DNA from: Podarcis filfolensis
Lineage: Eukaryota
Reading direction: 5' to 3' (one strand)
NCBI GenBank assembly: GCA_964270895.1
Contig: OZ185443.1
DNA length: 64,000 nt
Position numbers and translations under genes: made by a program. A model generated the notes under the pieces. It was not told where the DNA came from, did not search any database, and saw only the letters and a program-made list of their open reading frames with translations. Shown here piece after piece: positions 1 through 13,840 of this stretch. Positions within the stretch are counted from its first letter, which is position 1. Every line of letters begins with the position of its first letter.

Positions 1-1531
1 AATATGGACCAATGAAGAGAACTTCATATGTATAATATAGCTCAACAGCCAGCTACAGGTGTTTAAAGAACCTTGACTACCTAACCCCCAAGAATGGAAA
101 TGATTGATCTCATTTATCACCCCTGTTTATGAGGAGGAAAAATATAGGTTTCACCCTATGTTGGGAAATGGTAAACAGAGTCAAAGAACCAAAGAACAGC
201 ATTTCAATGAGAAGTAAACATAGTAATGAAGATTAGACAGCTTATAAGGAATTTCTTTAAGAATTGCATCATGTCTTTCAACTTAACAAAGAGCTCTATT
301 AAGTATATCTTGGTACCATACCAACTTTATAACTTGAGGCATACTGTTAAACAAATTATAGTGTTTACAGCATTATTGAACTAGAGTTTCTTTCCATCTT
401 GCATGCTTTGCTAAATGAATTTCCAGTCATATTATTACTCTTTCCCTCATCTCTTTTCATTGCTGTTCTTTTACACTTCTTAATATTCCAAAGCTTTTAT
501 TACACCAGCAGTATAATGTAAATAGTATTTCTGTGTGGGTGAGACAATGAGAATGGGAACACTTAAACCCCGAATAGCTGGGGTTCATATCATAGTGGCC
601 ATTCACATAGACACTAAATGAACATCTGTGCTGCTCTGTTCATGAAACTATGGAACTTAACCTGAGCTGGAAAGGGTCCAATATGGTTAAATACTGCCAG
701 ATGGTAAAATTCCCTTTGGGTACCTGAAAATTGTATTAATTTAACAGTTGTGAATGAAACTTCCAAGTAGTAACAAGCTGGTTGAGAATAAAATCTGCTC
801 CATTTTACAGCTAATATCCTGTGTTGCTGCCCAGGTAATACGAGTAAAGTCTGAACTGAAATTATATTCTTGTAGAGTAAGCATTTCTGGATGATGACAA
901 AAATGAGGTGAAAATTTTGACATTTTGGATGCAGTCATAAACACTGATGTTGCACAGCCTAACCTCCGTAAATTTGAAAGAGGCTAGGCGAGGCTCCTAC
1001 AGAAGAACCATTGATATAAACAAACGTTACAGTAATTAGATTATGAACTCTTTTCATATCTATTGTGATATATTTGGCTGGAATGAATCTCATAAACAGT
1101 TTCTGAAGTTTAAGAAAGATTAAAAAAAATTGTACAGTTATGGAAAAAATAGACAATGCGGCTAGATAAAAATAAGCATTAAGACTTGATTTTTGCAAAT
1201 ATTCTTAAGAACCTAAGGATTGCTTTGCTGGATTAGACTGAGGGCAAAACATACTGCTAAATGCCTGGCATGCAAGCTGCATCTGGATTCCCGCCCCCTG
1301 TAATTAGTTATGGCACAGGAACACAATTGCCAGCAGGAGGTTTCCCTTCCTTCTCAGCAACAGTTGGAATGAAAATCTACCCCCACATCCCAGTGTAGCT
1401 TTGATGCTTGAAAAGCCTTCCATTGACATCAACAGCCTCATGGGAGGATGGCTGTTTTCTTCCTGATTGCAGCCAGGGAGGGAAGGAATAAACCTTCTGC
1501 CTCCACATGCTGGTCACAATTGGGCCTCCCT

Positions 1532-1726
1532 CAGGGTTGGCCCTCCAATGAGGCCTGGTGAGGCAGCTGCTCAGGTGGCAGGGTCCACTGGGGCAGCTGA
1601 TCCCAAGGTCAATATTTCTTCCCCTTTTGTTCCTCATGTAGATCTTCCCTCGCCCCTTCATCATGGGTGTGGGAAATGACATTTTGGGGTCTGCCACAGG
1701 TGCCCAAATGTCTTGGACCAGCCCTG
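1532..1726. mobile_element. Aged hAT-type MITE (~195 bp)
   Basis: Ends CAGGGTTGGCCC and GGACCAGCCCTG are 10/12 inverted. Flanking 8-mers gcctccct (1524-1531) and gcttcccc (1727-1734) match 6/8, consistent with a decayed TSD. Confidence 0.6.
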
Positions 1727-2684
1727 GCTTCCCCACTCTTGTAATTGGTTAAACCAGAAAACCCAAACGTAGTAGCATGCAAGCTATACTTTTAGCATAA
1801 TGTGCATTTTGGCCCTAGGAGAGGACCCATCTAGTTCAACAATCCATTTCCAAACAAAGTGCCAGCAAGCCCAGCCTTTCATCTATGGGATTTATCACAT
1901 GTAGATGACGTGCAGGGTTGCTTCCAAATGAGTCATTTTAATGTGCCAAGGAAGTGCTATTAATGGATCCTTTCTTGTGTTGAAGCTGTTGTGTGACTTT
2001 TTCACCCTGTAGTCACTTTAGAACTTCAACCAGGATCACTGCACTGTGGCCAAGTGTAGTTAGAGCTGTGAGCTGGGTGTGCAGTGATACAGAATGAGTT
2101 CCAGTCAGTCTGGATATACTCAGCCTGCATATGTTAAAATGTATATAATAAATTCAAAGGCAAGGATAATGTGACATTTGCTATGTTTGATTTCAATATG
2201 CGAGCAATTGTTAGTTTCATCTGTTCTTTCATCTGTTAATGCTCTGTTGTGCATTAGGAAAATGTAATTTGAGCTGTTGTGCAACAATAATACATTATTA
2301 ATAGCAGAAGACCTTTCTATGACACTGGCTGCTAAACTCTTGAGGAAACGTAAGGTTAGAAGAAAATGTATTGATTGCATTTATGAGTTCATCGAGTAAT
2401 GATGATCAGCCTTTGGCTGTAAAGGCCTTTGGGAATTGGCAGTCTGCCATACCGTTCTTCAGAGAAGATTAAAGTGTAACTGAGCCAGTCAAGGTTTTCA
2501 ATTCCCTCTCACCCAAGAAACGTTTAGTAGTGCTACAGAAAAGCTTCAAACAGGGGAGTGTCCTAGATATGTGCCAGGAAACAAACTACAAAACAAAGCA
2601 ACTATACCCAATCACGGAACTGAAAGGGGTTTGATTAGAGCAATTATAATGTGCATCTTCAACTAGGCTCTGCCACATACACCA

Positions 2685-2765
2685 GCCTTCCCCAACCAGA
2701 TGACCATCCAATATTTTGGACTACAACTCCCATCACATGTGCTGGCACTGGGTTGGGGAAGGGTG
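2685..2765. repeat. Remnant of palindromic hAT/Charlie-like MITE (GGACTACAACTCCC family)
   Basis: Carries the core ttttggactacaactcccatca, shared with the intact copy at 56694-56819. Ends ccttccccaacc and ggttggggaagg are inverted. Confidence 0.6.
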
Positions 2766-3438
2766 ATTTAGACTGTACGTAGCAGACTGTATGTTTGAGT
2801 AGCCACCCCCATAAAAAACAGCAGCTCATAACACGTTAAAAACCCCTAGAATTCCAAGCAGGAGGTTGTAGCATAAACTTCTGGCTGACATCCTCTCTTT
2901 GTCCATGAAAGAGAGGAATCAAGCTGTGATCCACATCTGCCACCTGAAATGGTACATATTATTATGAATTTGGGGGTGCAAGACAGCACAAAGTCCGGAT
3001 CAAGCTAGTATCAGGATTTAATTACATTCTCCACTGAGACAGGATTCTTTAAACTGGACACCTGTAATCACTGTACTTTTGCTTGCATCCGTGTCAAAAT
3101 ATGGTGCACAATTTTTGCAGGAAAGTTAGCTTCCTGTGTTACATTCCTAAATCCTTCACAGACTCTTTAGTAAGATTTTCTCCCATTCAGCCTGGGACCT
3201 CTAAATTTGGAAAAGTGGAATAGATTTGGGAATCAGCAGACTGAGAATATGTTCTTGTGGATACCAGAGAGGAAATTCATTTCACATTAGAGTCTAGATT
3301 TGCTGAACAAGTTGGCATTGATGTCATACAAGTTACAAGACTAAAATGCTTTCATCACTGGTGTACAAACTTGGAATGCTTGAACTTGAGCCCCAGTTGA
3401 CAACTTTCCTTCAATGTGATGAAAATTAGCTAGGGTAA

Positions 3439-3630
<192 letters not shown>

Positions 3631-5444
3631 TAAGAGAAATTATTTAATAGTCCTTAAATACTTTATCTGGTTTCCATACATTATTGTCTATAGATTGTGC
3701 AAGTTCATAGAATTAAATGTTGGGCCCCTCCAGACTGGCGTTTATTGTGGTGTGGGTGTATTTGGCAACATGTTACTGACACAATGATAGTACATTGGTA
3801 GTAGATTTGTTCTGCTTTATTAGTTATTTTGTGATGCTTCCCCAGTTCTAACACATTCTTGCTGTTTGGAGGGGCTGAAGCACAACAAAATTGGTTTAAA
3901 ACAACAACTAAGAACACTCGTGGCATGAAAATTTGTGGGATTTCAGCAGCAAGCTGCAGGATTTGCACTGATTAGAAATGGAACTAGATTCAAGTAGTAT
4001 TGAAAGCAGGGTCACATATGGTCACCCCAATTGCAACATGAGCACAAATCATTATGCAATGAAAAGTATATCTGGAGGGGACCATTGACCATTTAATGTG
4101 CAATTATTAATCTTATTTTTTTATTTATTTAATATGACACCCTTCATCACAGTTAGTTGGATCACAATTAAATCTCATTGAAATCAAATGCTAATATAAC
4201 CCCCATTTATTTTAGTGGGCATAAAGCATGACTAATTTAGTATTGCTGCAATCGATGGTTTTTATTTAATTCTATAACACCATTATTAGTAAGCTGCACT
4301 CAGCTCTGGTGAGTTATCTGGGGTGGGGCTGTTTCTTTGAGCAACAGACCTCACTTGAAATATGACATATTTCAACTTGCCTTTAAAACTCCATTCAGTT
4401 TCAAGGCAGGACTTTACATTGTGTTATAAAAGAAAGCAACCTTCCTGAAGAGGTTAAAATACTTTTCATGCTGGAGCTGCCAAGTTGCTTTTCTCCAGCA
4501 CGATATAAACAGATTTTCGAACCTTGCCAAGAGTATCAGTGTAACAGGCTTCATATGAAAGAAGCATAATGTAGTTTATATGCTGCTCATGTGCCGCCCA
4601 TTAGATTGATTCAATGCCTTCTGGTGCTTGATCAAAAACTGTAGCAACATTTATGGGGCATTTCCAAACAACAAAAGATGACAAGTTTAGTAGCATGCAT
4701 GACAACACCAGAAGGCATTGCTAGTAATTTTGCCTGAAACCACAGGAAAAATGACCAGCAGATGTAGTACAATTTGCATTGTTATTTTCATCATGGCGAG
4801 CAGACCAAGTTGCCCCCATGTATCACTCAGAGAAGGAGCTGCAAGGAATATGCTTCCCTTTCCCTGCAAGGAAGTATACTGTGTTCCAACTGATAGTTGT
4901 CCAGGGACTTCAAAGATTAAGGGAAGCATGTTTCTATGTCTGTCACCAGCCAAGGCACTCTGGACTACTGAGATGCTGCCTCCCCTGCTTTCCTGCCCCA
5001 TCCATTAGCTACTTCAGTGCCTGCTTTCCTTTCACCTCCTAATTCCCTTTCCCTTTACATTAAAAAAATTAAAAATCTTTTTGTATCATGGCAATAAATT
5101 GTGAGCCTGCAGGCAAGGACTGCCTTGTCTTTTAACATATATATACTGAACTTCTAAAATCCTAAAAAGCATAACAACACAGTTGTCTCTACCTTTTTTC
5201 TGATTTGGGCATAGCTATAATGCAAGAATATGGTCACAGGATGCATGACAGAAACTTTGAACAAGCTTGAAGTGTGATTTAGCAGGAAAATTACATTTTG
5301 CTGTTCAAGGTACAGCACTCCCCCTAAGTCCTGTGTGTCAGTCAAACTGCACATTATGTTGGACATGTAGCCTGCAGCTGCATATGCGATTTTTCTTAGT
5401 CAAAAGTAAGTGTGGAGGCCCAGGTCTAGATGAGAAGCAAGGTG

Positions 5445-5630
5445 CATGTGGAGGGGAGGTTTAATCCTCCCTTTCACCCGCTGAAACTTCTACCTGCACC
5501 TGGCCCCCAGCCCAGCCCAGCCCAGCAGTTACTGATAGTAAAACACCTCCCATTCATGCCCATGGGGACTTCTTTACTATCAGTAACAGTTGTGTGCAGA
5601 GGAAGGAGGATTAAACCTCCCCTTCCCATG
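5445..5630. repeat. Inverted-repeat element (probable aged palindromic MITE)
   Basis: aggggaggtttaatcctcc (5452-5470) is the exact reverse complement of ggaggattaaacctcccct (5605-5623). Imperfect pairing extends out to catg at both ends. Confidence 0.6.
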
Positions 5631-5666
5631 GTAAAAAAGTTGCATAAATAACTGCAGGCTACATAC

Positions 5667-6018
5667 CGTGGGTGGCGCTGTGGGTTAAACCACAGAGCCT
5701 AGGACTTGCCGATCAGAAGGTCGGCGGTTCGAATCCCCGTGACGGGGTGAGCTCCCGTTGCTCGGTCCCTGCTCCTGCCAACCTAGACGTTCGAAAGCAC
5801 CTCAAAAGTGCAAGTAGATAAATAGGTACTGCTCCAGAGGGAAGGTAAACGGCGTTTCCGTGTGCTGCTCTGGTTCGCCAGAAGTGGCTTCGTCATGCTG
5901 GTCACATGACCCAGAAGCTGTACGCTGGCTCTCTCGGCCAATAAAGTGAGATGAGCGCCACAACCCCAGAGTCGGCCACGACTGGACCTAATGGTCAGGG
6001 GTCCCTTTACCTTTACCT
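5667..6018 (+). mobile_element. Sauria-type SINE (tRNA-like head, BovB-related tail), near full length
   Basis: A-box-like GGTGGCGCTGTGGG, B-box GGTTCGAATCC, 3' tail ending in (TTTACC)n. 7-bp TSD TACATAC at 5660-5666 and 6019-6025. Confidence 0.92.
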
Positions 6019-7877
6019 TACATACTAGACAGCAGCGTGCAGACTACATACTAAACCTCTGGTAGCGGCAATGGGAGGATAATCACATAGCGGTTCTAAT
6101 AAAAGAAAAAAAGTTGCATTAAAACAAATGCCTTTCAAAATACCCTAAAAACATAATTTCAACCTGAAATAGCGAACATATTTATGTCATTGCTTACATA
6201 ATTTTCTGGTTTGTTTTCTGGGCACAATCTGCTGGTTGGAGTCTTATCAGCTATTCAGCAATTTCATGTCATTTGCCATGTATGCAGCTCATTTGCCCTC
6301 ATTTTTATCTCATACTAGAATCCATAATGAACACCCTGAATTTCTCCTACATCATCCTAATGGTTAGTAAAGTTCAGTGAGTTTGTGTTGCAGGTTTTGT
6401 GCCATTTTGATTTACATTGCTCTGGAAAGGAATTTGCCTTGTGTTATCTTGTCTTTCCCATAGGACCATATTTAATACATGATGAAGACTTTTCCTCCCT
6501 TTGTTTACACATGCTAAGTTATGCTGTGCGAAGTAATATTTCTTGCAAGGGAAAAGAGAGGAGTTTCCTTCTATTTCCACACATTTTTCTTGAATGTCCA
6601 GCTTAGCAAATATATTCCTTACTTTCACAGCTAGTGTTCAGTGTGATCACCCCCAATTTCCAGCTGTTTCTAGTTCAGAAGAACTGGGCCAGATGCCTCC
6701 AGTCATCATCAACATATGATAAACAAAACAGGCAGGGTTGAAGTTTGATGCAATCAGTTGCTGTTAGCTGAATTTCTTAAGTGTGGTAGAAAGCTTGAGT
6801 AACTGAGTGCTTAAATACTCAGGAAAATTGGGCAGCGGGGCCACAACAGAGGTGTGTTGCACTGTTGGTAGCAAATATTAGATTTTAATACAAAGAGCCA
6901 GAGAATTGCAGAAGAAGCAAAAGACTGGATAGAAATTCTTGTGCCTCAATACAAGCTGATATAGTTTCCCCCAGGAATGCTGTGCATGGGATTGTACATG
7001 GCTTATATCTCATGGGTGGGATTCAGGGTTTTTATTCTGCTCACTTTTTATTCAGGGTGCCTGAGGAGTTTGAAGAGTGTCATTTGTTCTATTCTACAAA
7101 TTTCTCTGGTGGTCAGCATTCAGTACCACCAGAGAATCAGTTGAGAAGCACGACTGGTTTATGTGGAGGTTATAGGACAGGTTATATGACTTCCTAGTTA
7201 ATCCCACACTTTCTAGTGCATTTCCCCATTGGTTTCCTTAACACAAAGTGTGGGCTTGTTGCACCAATGTGCGCCAGGGTCCTTTAAGCCACTTTAATTG
7301 AGCAAACTTAAATGTTGCAGTATGCAATGGAATCCCTCCCACAAAAGAGTGCAAGTCTGGCGGGGACCTAAGCTAAACATCAGATGACAATCCTGTTTTC
7401 ATGTGAACACTGAAACATAGGACTGGTGTAGCTTCAAAACTGGCTTTCTTAAATTCAGTTGAGAGACAGATTGTGTATTACCATGAAATGCTGAAAAGTC
7501 CAAAATGCTACTGTTCATGCCGCATTTTATTAAATACAATAATGGAAAAAAGCTAGCCCAGCTTTGAGGAAATGTGCATATAATAAATTCATTCTCTTTT
7601 TAAATTCCACTATATATCACTTATGTGGTCTAGGAGCTTCAACATTTCCCAAGAAAAACAATCTAAAGCAAACAAATTCCTCACCTTACTTATGGTGGCT
7701 CAGATATAAATCACAGCTATGTATGGAAAACCTAGAGGGTCTTGAGGTTTCTTTAAATACCTCTGATTTACACTTGTGCCACTTAAACTGAAGAAATTAA
7801 CTTATTTGGTAAAAATCCAGAGAACTTGTCAGCATGTATAAATACTTACAGTACATTTAATGAATGAACCACACAAT

Positions 7878-7955
7878 CCTACTTGCAGAAGCCAGAAATG
7901 GAACCTGGGACCTTTCACATGCAAAATATGCACTACAGCTAAGCTACAGCCCTTC
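7878..7955 (-). mobile_element. tRNA-derived SINE head fragment
   Basis: gaacctgggacctttcacatgcaa..gctaagctacagccc is the reverse complement of a GGGCTGTAGCT..GGTCCCAGGTTC tRNA-like head. Same family as 58890-59083. Confidence 0.65.
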
Positions 7956-8603
7956 TCAAATGCATGGCTGCCATGAAAATTAGCAGCCCTGTGTCTCCTG
8001 ACCCCCTTCCCCTCCATGGCTATTGCATCTAATCCATGCCTCCGTAAGTTAGACAGATGACTACAGTGGACAGAATCTCTTCTGCACTGGCACCAAGACT
8101 GTGTACCTTCCTTTTTAGGCATATTTGCCTGCTGCCATTATTATCAGAAGGCTAAACCTGTTCTATTCATCTGACTCACTGATACACTTAATATTGATTT
8201 TCTTATCGTTTTTCTGATGTTTTGTTTTTCTTTCCCTGCTGTTTGGTTTTTCTGTTTCATATGTTCTCAAGTTGTTAGATTTGTTTTATAGTTGGTATTT
8301 ATATTGTTGTATCTTTTGTTCATAAGTTGGCTTGAGAATCAAAATGGTGGAAAGCTGAGGTATAAATATTTTAGTCAAATAGAATTTACTTGTGTTCAGA
8401 TGTCATGACACTCGGTGTCCCCACCAACCTCTGCTGTTGGCAGCCAATGACATGCAGCAGGCATGAGCAATTGCTGAATGCCAAGACATGCATAAGTTCT
8501 ACTAGACAATGCAAAGGTTGAGAGTGGTGATTAGACCATGTGGAGGAGCTTGACGCATGGCCGCCATGCATTCACATGAATCATTTGTCTTTGCTATTCA
8601 AGC

Positions 8604-8749
8604 CAGTGGCGTAGCGTGGGGGGTGCAGGGGGGGCCGGCCGCACCGGGCGCAACATTTGGGGGTTAGGGTTAGGGGGCGCAAATCCACGGGTTAGGGGTG
8701 CAAATTACTTGCCTTGCCCCGGGTTCTGACAACCCACGCTACACCACTG
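8604..8749. mobile_element. Young hAT-type MITE (146 bp) containing TTAGGG units
   Basis: TIRs CAGTGGCGTAGCGTGGG and CCCACGCTACACCACTG (16/17). Perfect 8-bp TSD ATTCAAGC at 8596-8603 and 8750-8757. Confidence 0.93.
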
Positions 8750-10840
8750 ATTCAAGCCCAAAACCCTCTTGATCACATAGAACTGTGTGGCTCTGTATTG
8801 TGTTTTTTGGCATTAGATTGTTTTTCTGGAAGAATACTGAAATTTGTAGATTGCATCAGTGGAATGGAAAAGAAACATTGTTTGCATGCATGATTGCCAA
8901 AGTTTGGTAGACTTTCTAAATATTAAGATGGTGATGTTCCATAAAAAATAAATCTAAGTAACTGGACTGAAAAAGCTTATAGATTTGGCTATCTTCCTAA
9001 ACCTCAGTTAATATTTTACACCTGTACATTAGTGAGCTTGCTGTAGTCGCAGATTAATATTTATAGTGGGAAAATGTAACATAAAATGTAGTAAGTTCTT
9101 TTGAAATCATAAAAATGTCAGCCAATGAAAACATGACCAAGACATAGCAGCAATGGAAAGAACATGCATGTGTTAAATAAACAAGGTTATAAAGTAAACA
9201 TTATAGCACAAAAAGCACTCCTTTGGTGCTTTAAATTACATCGCCCTCTTATATGTGATGGGGGAATACCTGTGTATAATTTGGGCATGTAGTGGAAATT
9301 TATTCTAATACCAAATGTTCTTTATATGTCCATTGAGAACTCTTTATTTTGAATGTAGTGTTGCTCTCTAAAACTATTGCAATCTGCATCATGTTATACT
9401 TTAGCCACCAAACAGTATCTAACAGAGAGGAGCCTCTATCTAGATTAAAATCAGAGTGAAGCCTGCAATCCTGTATATATTTACTTGGTACTATGTCTCA
9501 CTGAAGTCATAAAAGCATGAATAGGAGTTGTTCAGCTCAAACATGTCTGTCCATGGTTTGCTTTGAGATGCCTTATATGGTAGCCCAGCAAATACAGCTG
9601 GGGCTTATGAAGAAATCCATGTTACGTAGGAGTCTATCTTAAGATAACATTGCACAGGAAGCTCTAATAACAAGGCCTCTTGTTCTAGCATGAAATGCCC
9701 CCAGGTTTTCAGAGTAAAAGAAATCACTTTTCTTTATTAAGCAAGAGCCAATGTTGTTGAACATTGCTGTGTTTCTGGAGATGCTCCACAGGATGCCGTA
9801 TTAAGCAATTTGTAGTTATCTGGATTTACTCAACGGCCATATATGATGGTCATTAGCATGAAAAATAAATATGGAAGGGCTCTGAGTCGCTTTGGTTTAT
9901 GATATATATGCAATAATAAGTTGTATTTAAGGATAGATTAAGCAATGGCTGTTCAATATGAACTAATTTCCTTATGGTACCCAAGGAAATTGAGTTGTTA
10001 AATATCCTTGGATGGATCTTGAAAAGAAGTGCTTAACTTTGGATTCCAGCAGTAGATGTAACTTTAAAAAGGTCTCCTGCACTTTGTCACTGTCTGGCAG
10101 ACTTAGCTCATATATGGGGAAAAACAGCTGTCAGGGAGTTGAACATTCCTTGCAATATCTGCAATCTATATAATTGTTCATTTGTGAAGGGGGGTGAGAG
10201 AGAACTTGGAACAAGAAGAGGCATGTAGTTTGTGGCTAACGAGTTAAACAAATAATCTTAGGTCCATTTTGTGAAGATGAACGGATAGTGCTGCTTAAGG
10301 TCATTGTTCTTTGGGTTTCCTTGCTATACACGTGCAACTCATACAAATTCAAATTTCTAGGCTCTTTCATTATTTGTTATGGACCATTGGGGTTTTGCAT
10401 TTGTTTTATTGGACTTTTGATTATCTATTTGTCCCTTTTCACAAATAAGGTTTAAAGTGACTTGCAACAAAAGTAACATTCAGAAATGTAATACATAGCA
10501 AACTTATCAATTAATACAGTACATCTAACTAAAAGGGTTCATCCACAATAGTCAATTGTATATCTTGCCCCATCCCAAAAAAGGAGGGACTGCTAAACTA
10601 GCCCCCGAAATTGCAACAGTATTGTTGGCCAAATGCCTGGGAGAATAAAAATGTTTTCCCCTGGAGCCAAAAAGACAACAATGTTGATGCTAGGTGAGCG
10701 TCTTTGGGGAAAGTGTCCTACGAGCAGGGACTACTGAAAAAACACCATTCTCCTTTGCTACCCAAGCCTCTCCAAAGGCCTCAGCTTAGTAGTATTTTTA
10801 TCTGTATTGTTGGTTTTAGTGTTGAACTGATCCAATTGAC

Positions 10841-11088
10841 CAGGTGTGCTAACTCTAGGGGGATGAGGTATCTTCGCCCCCCTCAATATTTGTTGGAAGG
10901 GGGCTGGTCCCCTCAATGTTGAGGGGGCAGACGAGGTTGAGCGTGGAGCCAAGTGCAGCAGACCTTCAGTGACTGGCTCCCCCTTAGTGCTTGGTCTCCT
11001 CCAGACATTGCGATGACATGACATGACCTCACACATTCGCAATGCACGTTCGGGCCCTGTCAATATTTGGGGCATCTTGGTGTCTCTG
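10841..11088. mobile_element. Aged hAT-type MITE (248 bp)
   Basis: GC-rich island flanked by 8-bp near-TSD CAATTGAC (10833-10840) and CAATTGAT (11089-11096). Ends begin CAG and end CTG with decayed TIRs, consistent with CpG decay of a CAGGGGCGCCAAC-type end. Confidence 0.7.
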
Positions 11089-11399
11089 CAATTGATTAAC
11101 CTGTATAAAAGAGTTGCCTCTAATGTTAGTTGTACTAGAATATACCCATTTAAATTTTTGAAGAACACTACTAACTTAGGTCTATTAATTTCATTGGGCC
11201 TACTCTTAGCAAAACTTAGTTAGATACAACCAATATCTTCATGTCACAGGAACTGGTGAAAATTTCATCTTATAAAACTTTTTAATGGAGTGCACTGGAT
11301 TTTTGTTTTCATAGAGGGTATTTTAAGCATGCTTCAAACCATCAAGGCATATACTGTGGCGCAATCCTATTTAACCTTTATACGAAACTGCCAGAAGCT

Positions 11400-11665
11400 G
11401 TCATCCAGAGTTTTGGGGATAAAGTATGTTGACCAACTCAGCTCCCTCTTGCCATTCCAGCAGAATCAGGAGAGGCTGTTTGTTTAAGGTGTTGGACTGA
11501 TACGTGGAATCAGTAATAGGCTGGATGAAGGTCAGTAAACTTAATATGAATCCTGACAAGGAGACACTGCAGATTGGTGGCTCTGGGCAGCAGGCAAGCT
11601 ACTTGCTCTGGAGGGGGTAGCACTCCCTCCCCCCCCCAAAAAAAGAGCAGGTGTGTAATTGATTC
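11400..11665 (+). mobile_element. L2 LINE ORF2 (RT C-terminal) remnant
   Basis: Translates with frameshifts as SVIGWMKVSKLNMNPDKETLQIGG...LEGVALP..KEQVCN, resembling the L2 motif GWM..NKLKLNPDKTE.L..GG..LDGVALPLK.QV. Confidence 0.75.
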
Positions 11666-13840
11666 CAACTTATGCAGGTGCAGAGGGAATGATTTTTACT
11701 CTGTAGGTCATACAGTTCATAATTTTAAGAGTTGATATAAGCCAATGTATTAATTATGACTAAAGTAATACTTTGGCTTATATTAACTTCATAAGGACTA
11801 AGCAAAATGGCATCTGCTCTTGAAAGGAACTTTTTTTTATAAGCAGTGCTGTCTGCGATTGTATATTTTTGGGGGATGGGAGGTAGCTTTCACCCATAAA
11901 AACTGCTTGCATGATTTGCCTAATAATTTGCAAAAGTCAGCAAGTCAGAACGGATGTCTCCCTTACCTACAGTAGGGTTGAATTTATCAGCCTCTTGAAC
12001 ACTAAAAAGGGACATCTGCAATGCACATTTAGATGCTGAGATTGAGAACTCTCCATAGAACTGTATGTTTTATTCACTTAGATAATGTGGACATCCTAAG
12101 AGAACACTATGATTGCAGACTGGTTTCCTGTATAGTAAGTGCCTTATACTAAGGTTTATGGCCAATCTAGGATTGGCAGGGACAGCAAAAACATTTTATA
12201 GTATATTTCCCCAACTTCAAATTATGCTGCGTTATTCCTGGCTGAGAAACAGTGAAACTGTAAGAATGAAATAATTTTAATCCTGGAGTATTCATTTCTT
12301 TCTGTTTATACAAGTTGGTTGGAAGTGGGTTTAATAATGTTGGCAGATGACGCAAGTCTTTGTAAAAGACACATGATGAAGCTTGCAGTGACCGATGAGT
12401 ACACAATAAATTTGATTTATAATTGCTCTCTGGGAAAGCAGCGTCTCACATTATATCACATTCTTCCCTTACAAACTGATAAATGTAGACTTGATATTAC
12501 AGTATATGATACCCAAACATGGTTTAAGAAGCAATTGAACATGAAAATGTTAGATGTTGACCAAAGGAACAGCATAATGGGCTGGATCCAGACATGACTC
12601 CCATCAGAAGTGGGGAGGTAACTTTTGTTGATTTTAGACTAGTGTGGGAATGGTGCAAAAGTTGACTTCTCACACTTTGCCACTGGATCCATGGACAGAA
12701 GGAGCTGTCCAGTTTGCAGAAGCTGAAGTATAGCTACTCGGATGATAAAATATGTCTTCGTGTCAGATACCTGTGACCTAGCTCCTACAAGCAACAGATG
12801 AAATGGGAAATCTGTTTTTCAACTGTAGCGTTGCAAACTGCAGATAGGATCGGCATGTCTGAAAAGGAAAAAAAGTCCCTGCATATAGAAAACTGGATGT
12901 CAGAAAGAAGGGTTCTCAACCAACTTTCTTCCTGGCATGTTAGATTTCTACACGCAGGGGATGTTTCGTTTGGAGGAGCATTTAACCCTCTTGCAAGCTA
13001 AAGTAGTATGCCTCAAATTTAAGTTTATCATCTAATCGGCTGCTTGTGGAGACTGGTGTTGCTAGCGTCAGTACAAAATTAAAAGGGCTTTTGTTGGGGC
13101 CCTGTATACCGCTTATTAATTATTTGATGTGCAATATTAATGATTTATTTCAGAATGCCTTATTTGTAGGCAAGGTTTGCAGCAAAATGTAGCATAAGGA
13201 TTCTTCCCTGTCTGAATGAGTTTAGCTTCCTAGAAGAGTCACACTATAAAATACATTATTTTTAACTCACACAGCTGCTGATTTTATGCAAAGATTAAAC
13301 GGATTAAGGAAAATATATAGCTTGCAGATCCCAATATGTTGCAGTTGAACCAGTTTATGTTGGATAACATTATGATGTATGAATACTGCATAGTACTGTG
13401 CAAGGATATGTGATGCTTTATGAAACAGCCCTAAGATCTGTTGGGCTAATAAAAAAGAAGAAAAGTGCAAGATCACCAACTGCAATATTGTATTGACAAT
13501 GAGCTGTTAATGCAGGTTGATACGTTGACCCATTTCACACATCATGATAAACTGTAGTTAATGCTTAGTGTAAATGCCCAAGAGGCTCTCGTCACAACAC
13601 TTCTGTAGCCAGTAAGAGCAACATAGCATGATTCCTGACTTAAGTGTTATAGCCAAACAAGGGATCATGGTTTGTTGTGTTCAAACAACAATTAATAAGC
13701 GAAGAACAAACCTTGGTGTAACAAAATATGATCTCTGGTTTGGATGTAATGCTAAGTGAGGAACTGTGGTTTGTTGGACCTGCTGGATAAGAGGAGAGGT
13801 GCAAAATGGGGGCCTCTTGTGCATTTATGGTAAACCATTA

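Noticed and set aside
8386-8571. GC-richer patch with a 61-aa minus ORF. The plus strand gives LDNAKVESGD*TMWRSLTH, faintly like an RTE C-terminus
   Set aside because: Similarity too weak and interrupted to call. Not a credible gene.
11935-11955. gcaagtcagaa matches the reverse complement of the SNORA24 3' guide
   Set aside because: An 11-nt match only, with no flanking similarity. Expected by chance.
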